From assembly GCA_022711115.1 (NCBI GenBank), contig JAKLFP010000001.1, positions 133,183 through 197,182 on the forward strand: a stretch of DNA of 64,000 nucleotides. Reading direction: 5' to 3'. Positions within the stretch are counted from its first letter, which is position 1; every line of letters starts with the position of its first letter. Of this stretch, positions 33,893-42,977 are shown piece after piece. The DNA is from Candidatus Omnitrophota bacterium. Its GTDB lineage: Bacteria; Omnitrophota; Omnitrophia; Omnitrophales; Aquincolibacteriaceae. The notes under the pieces were generated by a model. It saw only the letters and a program-made list of their open reading frames with translations, did no database searches and was not told the DNA's origin. Made by a program: the position numbers and the translations under genes.

Positions 33893-34972
33893 CTACTGGA
33901 AAGGATTCTGAATGACTGATAATTCCTGCATGCGTTGAACAATCAATTCAGCAACTAATTTGCACCCTCTTGGGGTGAAATGAATTCCATCACTAAAATA
34001 AAGGGAAAGGCGTTGTGGCTCTACTTGCAGAAAAAACACTTCCAGATCGATCACAACAACTCCTCTTGCCATTCCTACTTTACGCACGATCTCATTGTAA
34101 GTATGGTGGGTTTCCAGCAAAGCCTCGCGGGAAAAAGGGAAATTTTGGGAAGACCGAATTTGAGCCGCGTCAAAGGGTGCTGTGATCAATACCGGCTGAA
34201 TCTTGTTTGATAAACAAATATTGATTATGTCATTCAAATTTTTTTCATACTTTTCAGGAGGCACGCGATAATTCCCGCGTATTTCTTGCCTCTCTTTTTT
34301 GAGTATTTTTGCTTTAATTTGAGCTATCAGCCAATGATAGGCTTGGTAGACTCTAAACTTTTCCAGAAAATTGATCAGGTCAATCTGCCAATTAGCTTTG
34401 ACCTTGACCAAATGATCGGGAGTCATTGCCGCCCAATGATCATTCCATCCAAAAAAGACCGTCAAAATGTCCGGCTCATAGCTGACTATTTCTCGTTTAA
34501 GGCGTTGCAAACCTTGAAAAGAAGTATAGGAACCTTCTCCAGCATTGATAACCCGAAATCCAAAAGGAAATTTTGCATTGAGGATTTCCTCCATATGATC
34601 GGGATAGGAACGTGTTGTGTAAGCACATGCTTGGGTACAAGAACAGCCCAAGGTAATGATCCGTTTCACTTTGGGAGGTTTGTTCTTTTCCGCTCCATAG
34701 CGTTGCTCAAACGTGGGAAGAGAAACCCAAAGCTGGTACTTGTCTTTGATTAAATTGATTTTTCTTTTTGTGAAACTGGAATTGGCAATAGTTTCTGGTT
34801 TTGAAAGCATCAATAAAGGAGTATCGGAGTATCGAAAATTGGAGAACCTTAAAAAAACTTCACCGGCAATCAGTAATGCGATGCATGGAATCAACGAAAA
34901 GGCCAGATATTTAAGTCCCCAAAACCACGGATTGCGAGTTGAAGAAGGAGAGATATTTTCTTTATTTTCCAT
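33893..34972 (-). CDS. membrane-anchored SGNH/GDSL-family hydrolase
   Basis: Block I variant ITLGCSCT, block III GWNDH and block V DGIHFT. N-terminal TM helix. Confidence 0.65.
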   Translation of the reverse strand: MENKENISPSSTRNPWFWGLKYLAFSLIPCIALLIAGEVFLRFSNFRYSDTPLLMLSKPETIANSSFTKRKINLIKDKYQLWVSLPTFEQRYGAEKNKPPKVKRIITLGCSCTQACAYTTRSYPDHMEEILNAKFPFGFRVINAGEGSYTSFQGLQRLKREIVSYEPDILTVFFGWNDHWAAMTPDHLVKVKANWQIDLINFLEKFRVYQAYHWLIAQIKAKILKKERQEIRGNYRVPPEKYEKNLNDIINICLSNKIQPVLITAPFDAAQIRSSQNFPFSREALLETHHTYNEIVRKVGMARGVVVIDLEVFFLQVEPQRLSLYFSDGIHFTPRGCKLVAELIVQRMQELSVIQNPFQ

Positions 34973-35047
34973 AATTCGAAAAATCTGCGACTAAGAAATA
35001 TCGCAAAGCCCTTAGACGCATCAACAAATTATTTTCTCCATGTTCTT

Positions 35048-35836
35048 TCAGGATATTTTTCCTGATTCATATCCGGTTAAAGTCGCCGTGACATCCCCCA
35101 GCACGGGAATCTTCACTTTCATCACAAGCGGGATCCTCCGCTCATCCATACTCATCCAGCCCCGGATCTTGCCGCGCCTCACAAAAAGTCCTTCGAACAT
35201 AATGATGGGTTCGACTTCCATCGCCTGAAAAATCCCGATGTGGTCGATCTTCATTTCCTGGATCCCATGCGTGATGGCCTCCAGATCCCAGTTTTTTTCA
35301 TCTGCATTTACGGGAATCGCGATTTTGGAATTTTGTTTCACCTCTTGTAAGCGAAACCAAAAAGCGCAGGAAAGCTGGTCCTGAACGTTTTTAGGAATGA
35401 ACATTTCTTTACGGGTTTTGTCTTTAAAGGAGTAGAACCTCCCGATATGCTCATCCTGATCGTATTCCATCATTTTATGTGTCTGATACCGGCCTTCGCT
35501 GATTTCTTTTTCATATTTTAGGGAATGAAGTTTTTTGACATCCACATAAGAGTGGTGCGTGTCATTCACGGGATAAAGCCACCTCAGGACAGAGCCGGAT
35601 CGTGCGGTTAAGATAATATGAAAAGCATCGCGCTCGTTGACCTTCACGATCTCTTTGACTTCCACAACCGCTTCCCCAACCTTGATCCCAAGATAACTCA
35701 CTTTGAATGTCATTTTTTCGCCGAGTGATAATGTCTGGATGTGTTGTTCAGAACGCGGGTATACTTTTTCAACCGCATTGGCCCCCGGCATAAAAAGAGT
35801 TCCTGCCAAAAGAAAAATGACTGCCCTTTTGTTCAT
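35048..35836 (-). CDS. secreted DUF3108-like protein
   Basis: Signal peptide. The FKVSYLGIKVGEAVVEV beta-rich pattern is typical of DUF3108. Confidence 0.5.
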   Translation of the reverse strand: MNKRAVIFLLAGTLFMPGANAVEKVYPRSEQHIQTLSLGEKMTFKVSYLGIKVGEAVVEVKEIVKVNERDAFHIILTARSGSVLRWLYPVNDTHHSYVDVKKLHSLKYEKEISEGRYQTHKMMEYDQDEHIGRFYSFKDKTRKEMFIPKNVQDQLSCAFWFRLQEVKQNSKIAIPVNADEKNWDLEAITHGIQEMKIDHIGIFQAMEVEPIIMFEGLFVRRGKIRGWMSMDERRIPLVMKVKIPVLGDVTATLTGYESGKIS

Positions 35837-35851
35837 AAGCTCCTTTTTGTT

Positions 35852-36634
35852 TTAATTGCGAATGGTCCCATCCAACCCAACAGTGATTTTCTTGATAGGC
35901 AATCCAATCTTTGCAAGCTCAACGGCTTGCTGAACGATCCTGAAAAGCCCTGAACAACAAGGAACTTCCATGATCACCACAGTGAGTGAGTAAACGGTGT
36001 TTTTTTTCAACAGTTCCGCGATTTTTTCGACATAGCTTTCGGTCTCGTCAAGTTTCGGGCAAGCGATAACAAGTTTTTTCCCTTTTAAAAGATCCTGATG
36101 GAAACTTCCAAGCGCAAAAGCGGTGCAATCCGCGGCAATGAGAAGATCGCATTCCTGAAAATAGGGCGCCTGTGGTGAAATGAGGTGAAGCTGGATCGGC
36201 CACTGGGAAAGCTCCGAAGATACCGAACCTGCTGCCTTGACATTCTGTTCTGATACGGACCTTTGGATCTCCCGAGCCATAGACCCAGGACATCCCCCCA
36301 CATGGGACACGACATGCTGTCCCTGAGTATGATCCTGAGTTGAAATGCCGGGGGCCCCATGCACTTTTCGGGCCGCTACCGTGCCTTGGGTCTTGAGCAC
36401 ATGATCATAGGCGGCTTTAGGATCATATGCCGCGCTATCGCGCTCAACAATCTTCAAGGCATTCACCGGACAAACATTCAAACAAGCCCCCATGCCGTCG
36501 CAAAAGATTTCTTTTACAAGAACAGCTTTTTTTTCTGCATCCAACACAAGTGCTCCTTCGGCACACGCTGTGGTGCAAAGTCCGCATCCATTGCATCGAT
36601 TGCGATCGATTTCGATGATCTTGCGTTTTCCCAT
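35852..36634 (-). CDS. 4Fe-4S dicluster ferredoxin domain fused to a Cys-rich C-terminal domain of unknown function
   Basis: CNGCGLCTTAC and CDGMGACLNVCP cluster motifs. The C-terminal part carries further Cys residues (GGCPGS, ADCTAF, IACPKLD, VPCCSG). Confidence 0.65.
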   Translation of the reverse strand: MGKRKIIEIDRNRCNGCGLCTTACAEGALVLDAEKKAVLVKEIFCDGMGACLNVCPVNALKIVERDSAAYDPKAAYDHVLKTQGTVAARKVHGAPGISTQDHTQGQHVVSHVGGCPGSMAREIQRSVSEQNVKAAGSVSSELSQWPIQLHLISPQAPYFQECDLLIAADCTAFALGSFHQDLLKGKKLVIACPKLDETESYVEKIAELLKKNTVYSLTVVIMEVPCCSGLFRIVQQAVELAKIGLPIKKITVGLDGTIRN

Positions 36635-36652
36635 AGATATTTTCCTTAATGG

Positions 36653-37747
36653 TTATTTTACTATTCTGAAAAAATCCTTCACATTTAATATAGCCATCAC
36701 ATCATCGGGACGCAACCCTCTGAGACATTCGATGGTGGCACAGTGATGATTATAACGAAATTTGTAATAACAGGGACGACAATCAAGCTTCTGCTCATAA
36801 ACCGCAATAGCGTCTTGCGTGGGAGGGTAAGGCCCGTAAACTTCCGGAGGAACAGGCCCGTAAAGCGCCACCAAGGGCACCTGAAGGGCATGGGCTACAT
36901 GGATAAGCCCACCGTCATTCCCAACAAAAAATTTCGCTTTTTTCAGAACCATGGCGGTTTCCGAAAGCGATGTATCACCCGCAAGGACCAAAGAAGGCCG
37001 TTTCAGGCTCTTTTGAAGTTCCTCGCATAATTCCCGCTCGGATTTGCTGCCAAGGATACAGATACCTTGAAAATTGATTTTCCCTTTCATCTTTTGGATC
37101 AACTCGGCAAAATAACTCACGGGCCATCGCTTATACGCCGCTTCCCTTCCCCAGGAATCACCTCCGCCTGGAGCCACCGCAAGAAAAGGAACCGGAAGAG
37201 TCTTGAGTTTTTTTGAGATGTGATTTTCTATCTGATCTGTTTCCTCAGGGAAAAAATATTCCATAAACCTGTCTTCGACGGGAATGCCGGCCGTTTCCGC
37301 CAAATCACAATAGAAATCCACGGCATGTCGCTTCCAGAAACCTTCCGGGAGCAAAAAACGGATATTATGAAAAATGGCACGTTTTTTATATGCGAACCCC
37401 GCGCGTTTCGGAATGCCGAGAAAGAATTTTCCCAAAAAGGCATTTTCGCGCCGTAAAGAAAAATCCAGAAGGAGGTCATAATGCTTCGCGCGCAGCTTCC
37501 TTCCGAGCTCAAAACTATCACTTAGATTTTTTAGCCAGTTTTGACGGTGGGACCGATCCCTATCGACCACGAAAATATCATTGATGTGCGGGTTGTTCTC
37601 CACGACTTCCCGGGTCCGGGATCCCAACAGCAGATCCACAGATTCAACCGTAGGAATAAGCCGCAAGGCCCGCATCACTGGCGTCACAAAAAGAAGATCG
37701 CCAATCCCATACGGGTGTGCCATAAGAACGTGGCGTAGTGTGCGCAT
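36653..37747 (-). CDS. glycosyltransferase family 9 (LPS heptosyltransferase-like)
   Basis: HPYGIGDLLFVTPVMRALR N-terminal GT9 motif and a C-terminal GT-B half (LVGNDGGLIHVAHAL). Confidence 0.8.
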   Translation of the reverse strand: MRTLRHVLMAHPYGIGDLLFVTPVMRALRLIPTVESVDLLLGSRTREVVENNPHINDIFVVDRDRSHRQNWLKNLSDSFELGRKLRAKHYDLLLDFSLRRENAFLGKFFLGIPKRAGFAYKKRAIFHNIRFLLPEGFWKRHAVDFYCDLAETAGIPVEDRFMEYFFPEETDQIENHISKKLKTLPVPFLAVAPGGGDSWGREAAYKRWPVSYFAELIQKMKGKINFQGICILGSKSERELCEELQKSLKRPSLVLAGDTSLSETAMVLKKAKFFVGNDGGLIHVAHALQVPLVALYGPVPPEVYGPYPPTQDAIAVYEQKLDCRPCYYKFRYNHHCATIECLRGLRPDDVMAILNVKDFFRIVK

Positions 37748-37748
37748 A

Positions 37749-38798
37749 TTATCTTTTCGCTGCTTTGGTTGTTAATTCCGAAACAGCCTGGAACACGTCA
37801 TCAACAGAAATTTCATTGATATAGGTAAATTGACGCTGTGTTTCCGGAATGGCTGAAACATCTTTGGCGACCACACGTGTTTGATCCCCTAAAGGCCGCC
37901 ATCGGCACGGTCCGAGCCCGGATTCATACCTCCCGAAGATTGAAACGACAGGTGTCCCGACTGCCGCGGCAATGTGCACAGGCCCTGAATCATTAGAAAC
38001 AAGCAGCGCTGATTTTTTAAAAAGCGCCCCAAGCATTCCAAGACTCAGCCTGCCGCTCATGTCAAAAACAGGTGCCGTGGTATTTCGTTTTAAGGCCTCA
38101 ACAATGGTACGGTCTTCTTTTGTACCGATCGCGATAAAAATAGATGGAGTTCCCTTGTGAATCCGTGTCGCCAATGCTCCGAAACGTTCTGCCGGCCACA
38201 TCTTGGTTGCATCGCTTGCTGAAGGACTTAAAACAATCCAGGGCAGATTTTGTGGGATTTTATGAAATAGGAATAGGTTTTCAAGAGAACGTTCCGCACG
38301 GTGTGTTATCGGGAAAAAAGTTCTGACCTCTCGAGACGGTTGGATTCCTAGCGGCGCAAGTAATTCCAATAGATATTCAGCCTCCTGCTTCTTTCCTTCT
38401 TTTTTGTCATAAGGGTGAACATGGGTCAGGGCCCAGGCGGCACGGCGTGCGTAACCGATACGGACAGGGATCCTCGCAAACCAGCCGGCCATATGCATCC
38501 GATTGGTCCCGTGACAGTGAATCACAATATTGAATTTTTTTTTGCGCAATTTTTGGGCAAACCAAAAAGCTCCCCAAAAATTTTTTTCACTTCCTTGCTT
38601 ATCATAAAGGATGACCTCATCAAGATAAGGATTCCCGGCTAGGATCTCACGGTGCTCAAGAAATATCACTGCAGCGATCCATGCCCCAGGGAATCTCTCA
38701 CGAAGAGCTTTGAAAACAGGCGTGGTAAGAACCAGATCGCCAATGCGATCAGTCCTTGTGACCAGAATCTTTGGATTTTCAGGAATTGGGATCGGCAT
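37749..38798 (-). CDS. glycosyltransferase family 9 (LPS heptosyltransferase-like)
   Basis: RTDRIGDLVLTTPVFKALR N-terminal motif and LVSNDSGPVHIAAAVG C-terminal motif. Confidence 0.8.
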   Translation of the reverse strand: MPIPIPENPKILVTRTDRIGDLVLTTPVFKALRERFPGAWIAAVIFLEHREILAGNPYLDEVILYDKQGSEKNFWGAFWFAQKLRKKKFNIVIHCHGTNRMHMAGWFARIPVRIGYARRAAWALTHVHPYDKKEGKKQEAEYLLELLAPLGIQPSREVRTFFPITHRAERSLENLFLFHKIPQNLPWIVLSPSASDATKMWPAERFGALATRIHKGTPSIFIAIGTKEDRTIVEALKRNTTAPVFDMSGRLSLGMLGALFKKSALLVSNDSGPVHIAAAVGTPVVSIFGRYESGLGPCRWRPLGDQTRVVAKDVSAIPETQRQFTYINEISVDDVFQAVSELTTKAAKR

Positions 38799-39765
38799 TC
38801 AGAAGCTCCATGGCCAACTCGAACACTTTGTCAGGGCCAAGATCATGGAAACAACTTCTCTCGGCATACGAAAGCTTGTGAGATCCGCAGGAGCAAAGCG
38901 AAGCATCTTCCACAGCAATGCGAAAGTATTTTCCCTCATGACCGTATTTTTTATGATCCGTCGGTCCAAAAATTCCGATAGTCGGAGTTCCAAGCTCATA
39001 ACCCAAATGCATAATGGCGCTGTCATTAGCGATCACAAGCGACGCTTTGGAGATCAACGCCGCTGTTTCCGGCATCGTTGTCTCGCCGCAGAGCACTTGC
39101 ACTGAAGGCCGCATATGTTTTTTGACAGCTTCCGCAATCGAACGTTCATTCTCCGCACCAACTAGGAGAATCTTTTGATTGGTGCGGTCCAAAAGACGCA
39201 GGACCACCTCCCGGAAATATTCCACGCTCCATCTTTTCCGCTCACTAGCTGCTCCTGGCGCCACTAAAATCCAACCGCTTTGTTCCGAAATGCCTTTCTT
39301 CCCGAGTTTTTCCAGACAAGATTTTTCATCCGCTTGATCAAAAAAACGAAAGGATGCCGGATATCCGACGGAGAGCCCCATCATGGCCAAAATCTCCAAA
39401 TGGCGTTCGCGCATATTGATTTTCTTGAATTTCCGAAAAAGAGGGCTTCGTTTTTTACATGAAACCAGAAAAGGGATTGCCGTGTTCCGAAGATCCACAA
39501 CCCAGTCGTATTTTTCTCTCCTGAGTTCCTGAAGAAATTTCCATTTCGCAAGAAGCTTTGCCCTTTTGTCATACACAATGATGCGGTAAATGTGAGGACT
39601 TTTCTCAAGAAGACATCGCGCTTTCGGTCCCACCACGACTGTGATGTTAGCTTGCGGGAATTTCGAGGCAAGTGTCATCATCACCGGCGTTGTCATGATC
39701 ACATCCCCAAGATTGCTCAGGGTTACAACTAAGACGCTTTGGGGTCCACCATGCACAGCTTTCAC
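38779..39765 (-). CDS. glycosyltransferase family 9 (LPS heptosyltransferase-like)
   Basis: LSNLGDVIMTTPVMMTL N-terminal motif and VIANDSAIMHLGYELG C-terminal motif. Confidence 0.8.
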   Translation of the reverse strand: MKAVHGGPQSVLVVTLSNLGDVIMTTPVMMTLASKFPQANITVVVGPKARCLLEKSPHIYRIIVYDKRAKLLAKWKFLQELRREKYDWVVDLRNTAIPFLVSCKKRSPLFRKFKKINMRERHLEILAMMGLSVGYPASFRFFDQADEKSCLEKLGKKGISEQSGWILVAPGAASERKRWSVEYFREVVLRLLDRTNQKILLVGAENERSIAEAVKKHMRPSVQVLCGETTMPETAALISKASLVIANDSAIMHLGYELGTPTIGIFGPTDHKKYGHEGKYFRIAVEDASLCSCGSHKLSYAERSCFHDLGPDKVFELAMELLNADPNS

Positions 39766-40784
39766 CTCTTAGGAACTATTTTATCGACGGCATCAAACAC
39801 CTGGTCGGGACTGATATGAGAAAGCCAGCCGTCTTCGGGTAATTGCTTCCCATACCACGGGACATGATAACCTTCTGGAATATACTGCAAAATAATCTTA
39901 TCTCCCGTCCCACGCGGCCCGGTCAGCTCCGGATCCGTGGGACCAAACAACGCCACAACCGAAGCCCCGACACCGGAAGCAATGTGCATCGGACCTGAAT
40001 CTCCGGTCACAAGACAGGCTGTGTGTTTATAAAGAGCGGCTGAAACCCGCAACGACGTTTTCCCGACCTTTGGAATGATCTTTGCTTTCTTGACTTGTGT
40101 GAGAAACTCTTTGAGCAACGGCGCATCGTTCTGAGAGCCCGTGATAATGATCGGGGCATGCCACGCTTCATGAATTTTATCCGCAAGCACCGCAAAATGC
40201 GCGGACGGCCAGCGTTTAGGTTCCCAATTCGCCCCGAGATGAAAACAAAAAAAACGGTCTCCTTTTTTGATTTTGTGCTTATTTAAAATTTCGAGTGCCT
40301 GCTTCTCATCTTCTTCTTTGAAAAAAAACCGGTAGGTTTTCTCAGCCGGCAGTTCAAACCCGGCTTGTTTCATCATTTCAAAAAAATAATCGAGCTGGTG
40401 CATTGGTTGGTGAGGTTCGCAAAGTGCCTTTGTAAGAAAAATTTTGCGCCCTTTTCCATAACCGATCCGCTTTTTGACACCCGCAAGTGTTAAAAGCAGG
40501 GCCCGCGTCCTGGAACGGTGGAAAAGATAACCTTCTTGCCACGGCCGCGTTTTTCGAAGCTCTGAGAGGAATTGGAATTTGGAGAGCCAGGTACGATGTG
40601 TGCTTTTTTCATCGAAACTCATGAATCCGGATACCGCGGGATGCGCCTCCAGAATCTCCCGGCACCGCTCCGGGGCAATGCAGGTAATCAGCACATCGGG
40701 ATAGCGTTGCCGGAGCAGATCAAGCGCGGGCATTTGGAACAGCAGATCGCCCAGCCAGTTTTTCATAACAACAAGAATTTTCAT
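39762..40784 (-). CDS. glycosyltransferase family 9 (LPS heptosyltransferase-like)
   Basis: MKNWLGDLLFQMPALDLL N-terminal motif and LVTGDSGPMHIASGVG C-terminal motif. Confidence 0.8.
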   Translation of the reverse strand: MKILVVMKNWLGDLLFQMPALDLLRQRYPDVLITCIAPERCREILEAHPAVSGFMSFDEKSTHRTWLSKFQFLSELRKTRPWQEGYLFHRSRTRALLLTLAGVKKRIGYGKGRKIFLTKALCEPHQPMHQLDYFFEMMKQAGFELPAEKTYRFFFKEEDEKQALEILNKHKIKKGDRFFCFHLGANWEPKRWPSAHFAVLADKIHEAWHAPIIITGSQNDAPLLKEFLTQVKKAKIIPKVGKTSLRVSAALYKHTACLVTGDSGPMHIASGVGASVVALFGPTDPELTGPRGTGDKIILQYIPEGYHVPWYGKQLPEDGWLSHISPDQVFDAVDKIVPKR

Positions 40785-40880
40785 CTCGCTAGAAAAAAAC
40801 CCTTTCCAAAAATAAGGCTTTTATCTCCTCCTCTATGATCAATGACCTTTTCCCGATCATGACCCAATCGTGAACGGGAT

Positions 40881-42977
40881 TCATGTCACAAGAAGTCTCT
40901 GACAATGATCAAAAACCTCCTCCACGGAAATATGCATCAAGCACGCTTTTGGATTTTTCTCTTTGCAAATTCCGTTATAGCACGGCTGACATGCCAAATG
41001 ATAAGACAAGACTGCCATTTTCCTCCCTGGCGGCACATGCCGTTTGGCATCGGTCGGCCCGAAAAGAGCAACCGTCGGGATATGCATTGCCGCTGCGATA
41101 TGAAGCGGGGCGGTATCCCCCGTCACCACCAAATGAAACTGTCTAAAAAACGCTGGTAATTCTTCCAACGTGGTTTTCCCGATCACATTCAGGATCTTTC
41201 CAGATCCAAATTGTTTGAATGACTCTCCAAGATCCGCTTCTTCCGGCGAACCCACCAGCACAATGCGGCTGTCATATTTTTCAAAAAAACGTTTTGCAAG
41301 ATCGATGAACTGTTCCACAGGCCAGCGTTTGCTCGGCCAATTCGGACTGGATCCCATCACAAACCCGATGATCTTGGTGTCCTGTTTCGGATAAAGCTCA
41401 GTCATCATCGCCGCCGCTTTTTGCAAACCTTCCGGCTTCGGCCAAAGCTCCAATGCATCATCAAATTTCTGAACTCCGACCTTGGAAAGAATACGGAATT
41501 GATGCCGGATCGGCGTGTCGCCCACATCGAAAGTCTTGTCCGGTCTGTTGAGCAAGAACCCCCATTTCCCGCGCGCATAGCCAAAACGCTGGACCACGCC
41601 GCCCAGATAGGACAAAAGATGAGTCCATTTATTATTATGAAGATCGACAGAAATATCGAATCCTTCCCGGCGAACGCGACGGGCGGTTTTCAAAAGATAA
41701 AATAAATTCGAGAATCTCTTTCGATCTACCAAAATCATGTCATCAAGATAGGGGCATGCCGAAATAACCGGTGCCAGTTTTCTGTCCACAAGAAGCGTGA
41801 TGGAAGAATCAGGGTAACGGTGCTTGAGCATTCTCAGACTCGGCACTGCCAGGATCAGGTCTCCCATCGCGCCAAGTTTGATCACAAGGATCTTCCGCTT
41901 CTTGCGGACCTCTTGATAGATCTCCAGCGTTTTTTGGACCATCTGATCCAGATTGAATTTTTCTTCAACTTTTTTCCGTAAGCTGACCGCAAACTGCTTG
42001 GCTTTGTCACGATCCGTAAGAAGTTCATACATGGCTTCGGCCATAGCCGGGATATTCTTCGGCGGAAAAAGCAGGCCGTTCACATTATGATCGATAATAT
42101 CCAAAACCCCGCCCAGCCAAGTCGCGGCCACGGGCGTCCCGACAGCACCGGCCTCGATAATAACGCGGCCGAACGGTTCGGGAAGTAATGATGAAAGCAC
42201 CAAAAGATCGGATTGGGCCAGTAATCCTGGAATATCGCGTGTCGGAGGCAGGATTTTGACGCAAGATTCCAATCCGAATTGATGGATCGTCTTTTTCATC
42301 AGATCCGTGTAACGATGCCTGCCTTTTCCTTCGGATCCAACAATACTCACCTCAAAGTGAGTCATCCGGCTTCTCAAAAGATGCACGGCCTTGAGAAAAT
42401 CCACCTGCCCTTTCGACGGCGAGAACCTTCCGATCAATACTATCCTGAGCGGTCCTTTGTGTTTTTCAAATTTTGCGAATGAAAAAGTAAATTGCGAAAG
42501 ATCCACGCCCCGCGGGATCAACCGGATCCGATCCGGAGGGACCCCGAACAGATCGATCATGCGTCTGCCAATCGCATGCGAAGCTACAATCACGCGCTTC
42601 CCCCACCCCATGACAAAACTCAGCGGATGGACAGAGTAATGACCGTGACAGGTTGTGATAAAAGGAATTCCCGTTTTCCGCGCCGCGAGCCATCCAAGCC
42701 ATGCCGGCACACGGCTCCTGGCATGAATAATGTCCACATGTTCCCGCTGAATAATTTTGACAAGCTCGTCGATCAGAAATAAAGAAGCCAATGATTTTTG
42801 ATGGACCGGCAAACCGTAATGAGGAATACCTGTTTTTTGAAGTTCGGCCACAAGCGCCCCCCCGGAAGAAACCACAATGGTGTCATGGCCAATTTTTTTC
42901 ATAGCACGCGCCAAATCGACCACACCCCGTTCAGTCCCTCCAAGCTCAAGCGCGGGCAAAAGCTGCATCACTTTCAT
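40881..42977 (-). CDS. fusion protein: N-terminal GT4-type glycosyltransferase + C-terminal GT9 heptosyltransferase-like domain
   Basis: Residues ~1-340 have a GT4 layout (LGGTERGVVDLA...EPFGRVIIEAGAVGTPV). Residues ~350-698 are GT9 (KLGAMGDLILAVPSLRMLK...VVTGDTAPLHIAAAM). Confidence 0.75.
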   Translation of the reverse strand: MKVMQLLPALELGGTERGVVDLARAMKKIGHDTIVVSSGGALVAELQKTGIPHYGLPVHQKSLASLFLIDELVKIIQREHVDIIHARSRVPAWLGWLAARKTGIPFITTCHGHYSVHPLSFVMGWGKRVIVASHAIGRRMIDLFGVPPDRIRLIPRGVDLSQFTFSFAKFEKHKGPLRIVLIGRFSPSKGQVDFLKAVHLLRSRMTHFEVSIVGSEGKGRHRYTDLMKKTIHQFGLESCVKILPPTRDIPGLLAQSDLLVLSSLLPEPFGRVIIEAGAVGTPVAATWLGGVLDIIDHNVNGLLFPPKNIPAMAEAMYELLTDRDKAKQFAVSLRKKVEEKFNLDQMVQKTLEIYQEVRKKRKILVIKLGAMGDLILAVPSLRMLKHRYPDSSITLLVDRKLAPVISACPYLDDMILVDRKRFSNLFYLLKTARRVRREGFDISVDLHNNKWTHLLSYLGGVVQRFGYARGKWGFLLNRPDKTFDVGDTPIRHQFRILSKVGVQKFDDALELWPKPEGLQKAAAMMTELYPKQDTKIIGFVMGSSPNWPSKRWPVEQFIDLAKRFFEKYDSRIVLVGSPEEADLGESFKQFGSGKILNVIGKTTLEELPAFFRQFHLVVTGDTAPLHIAAAMHIPTVALFGPTDAKRHVPPGRKMAVLSYHLACQPCYNGICKEKNPKACLMHISVEEVFDHCQRLLVT

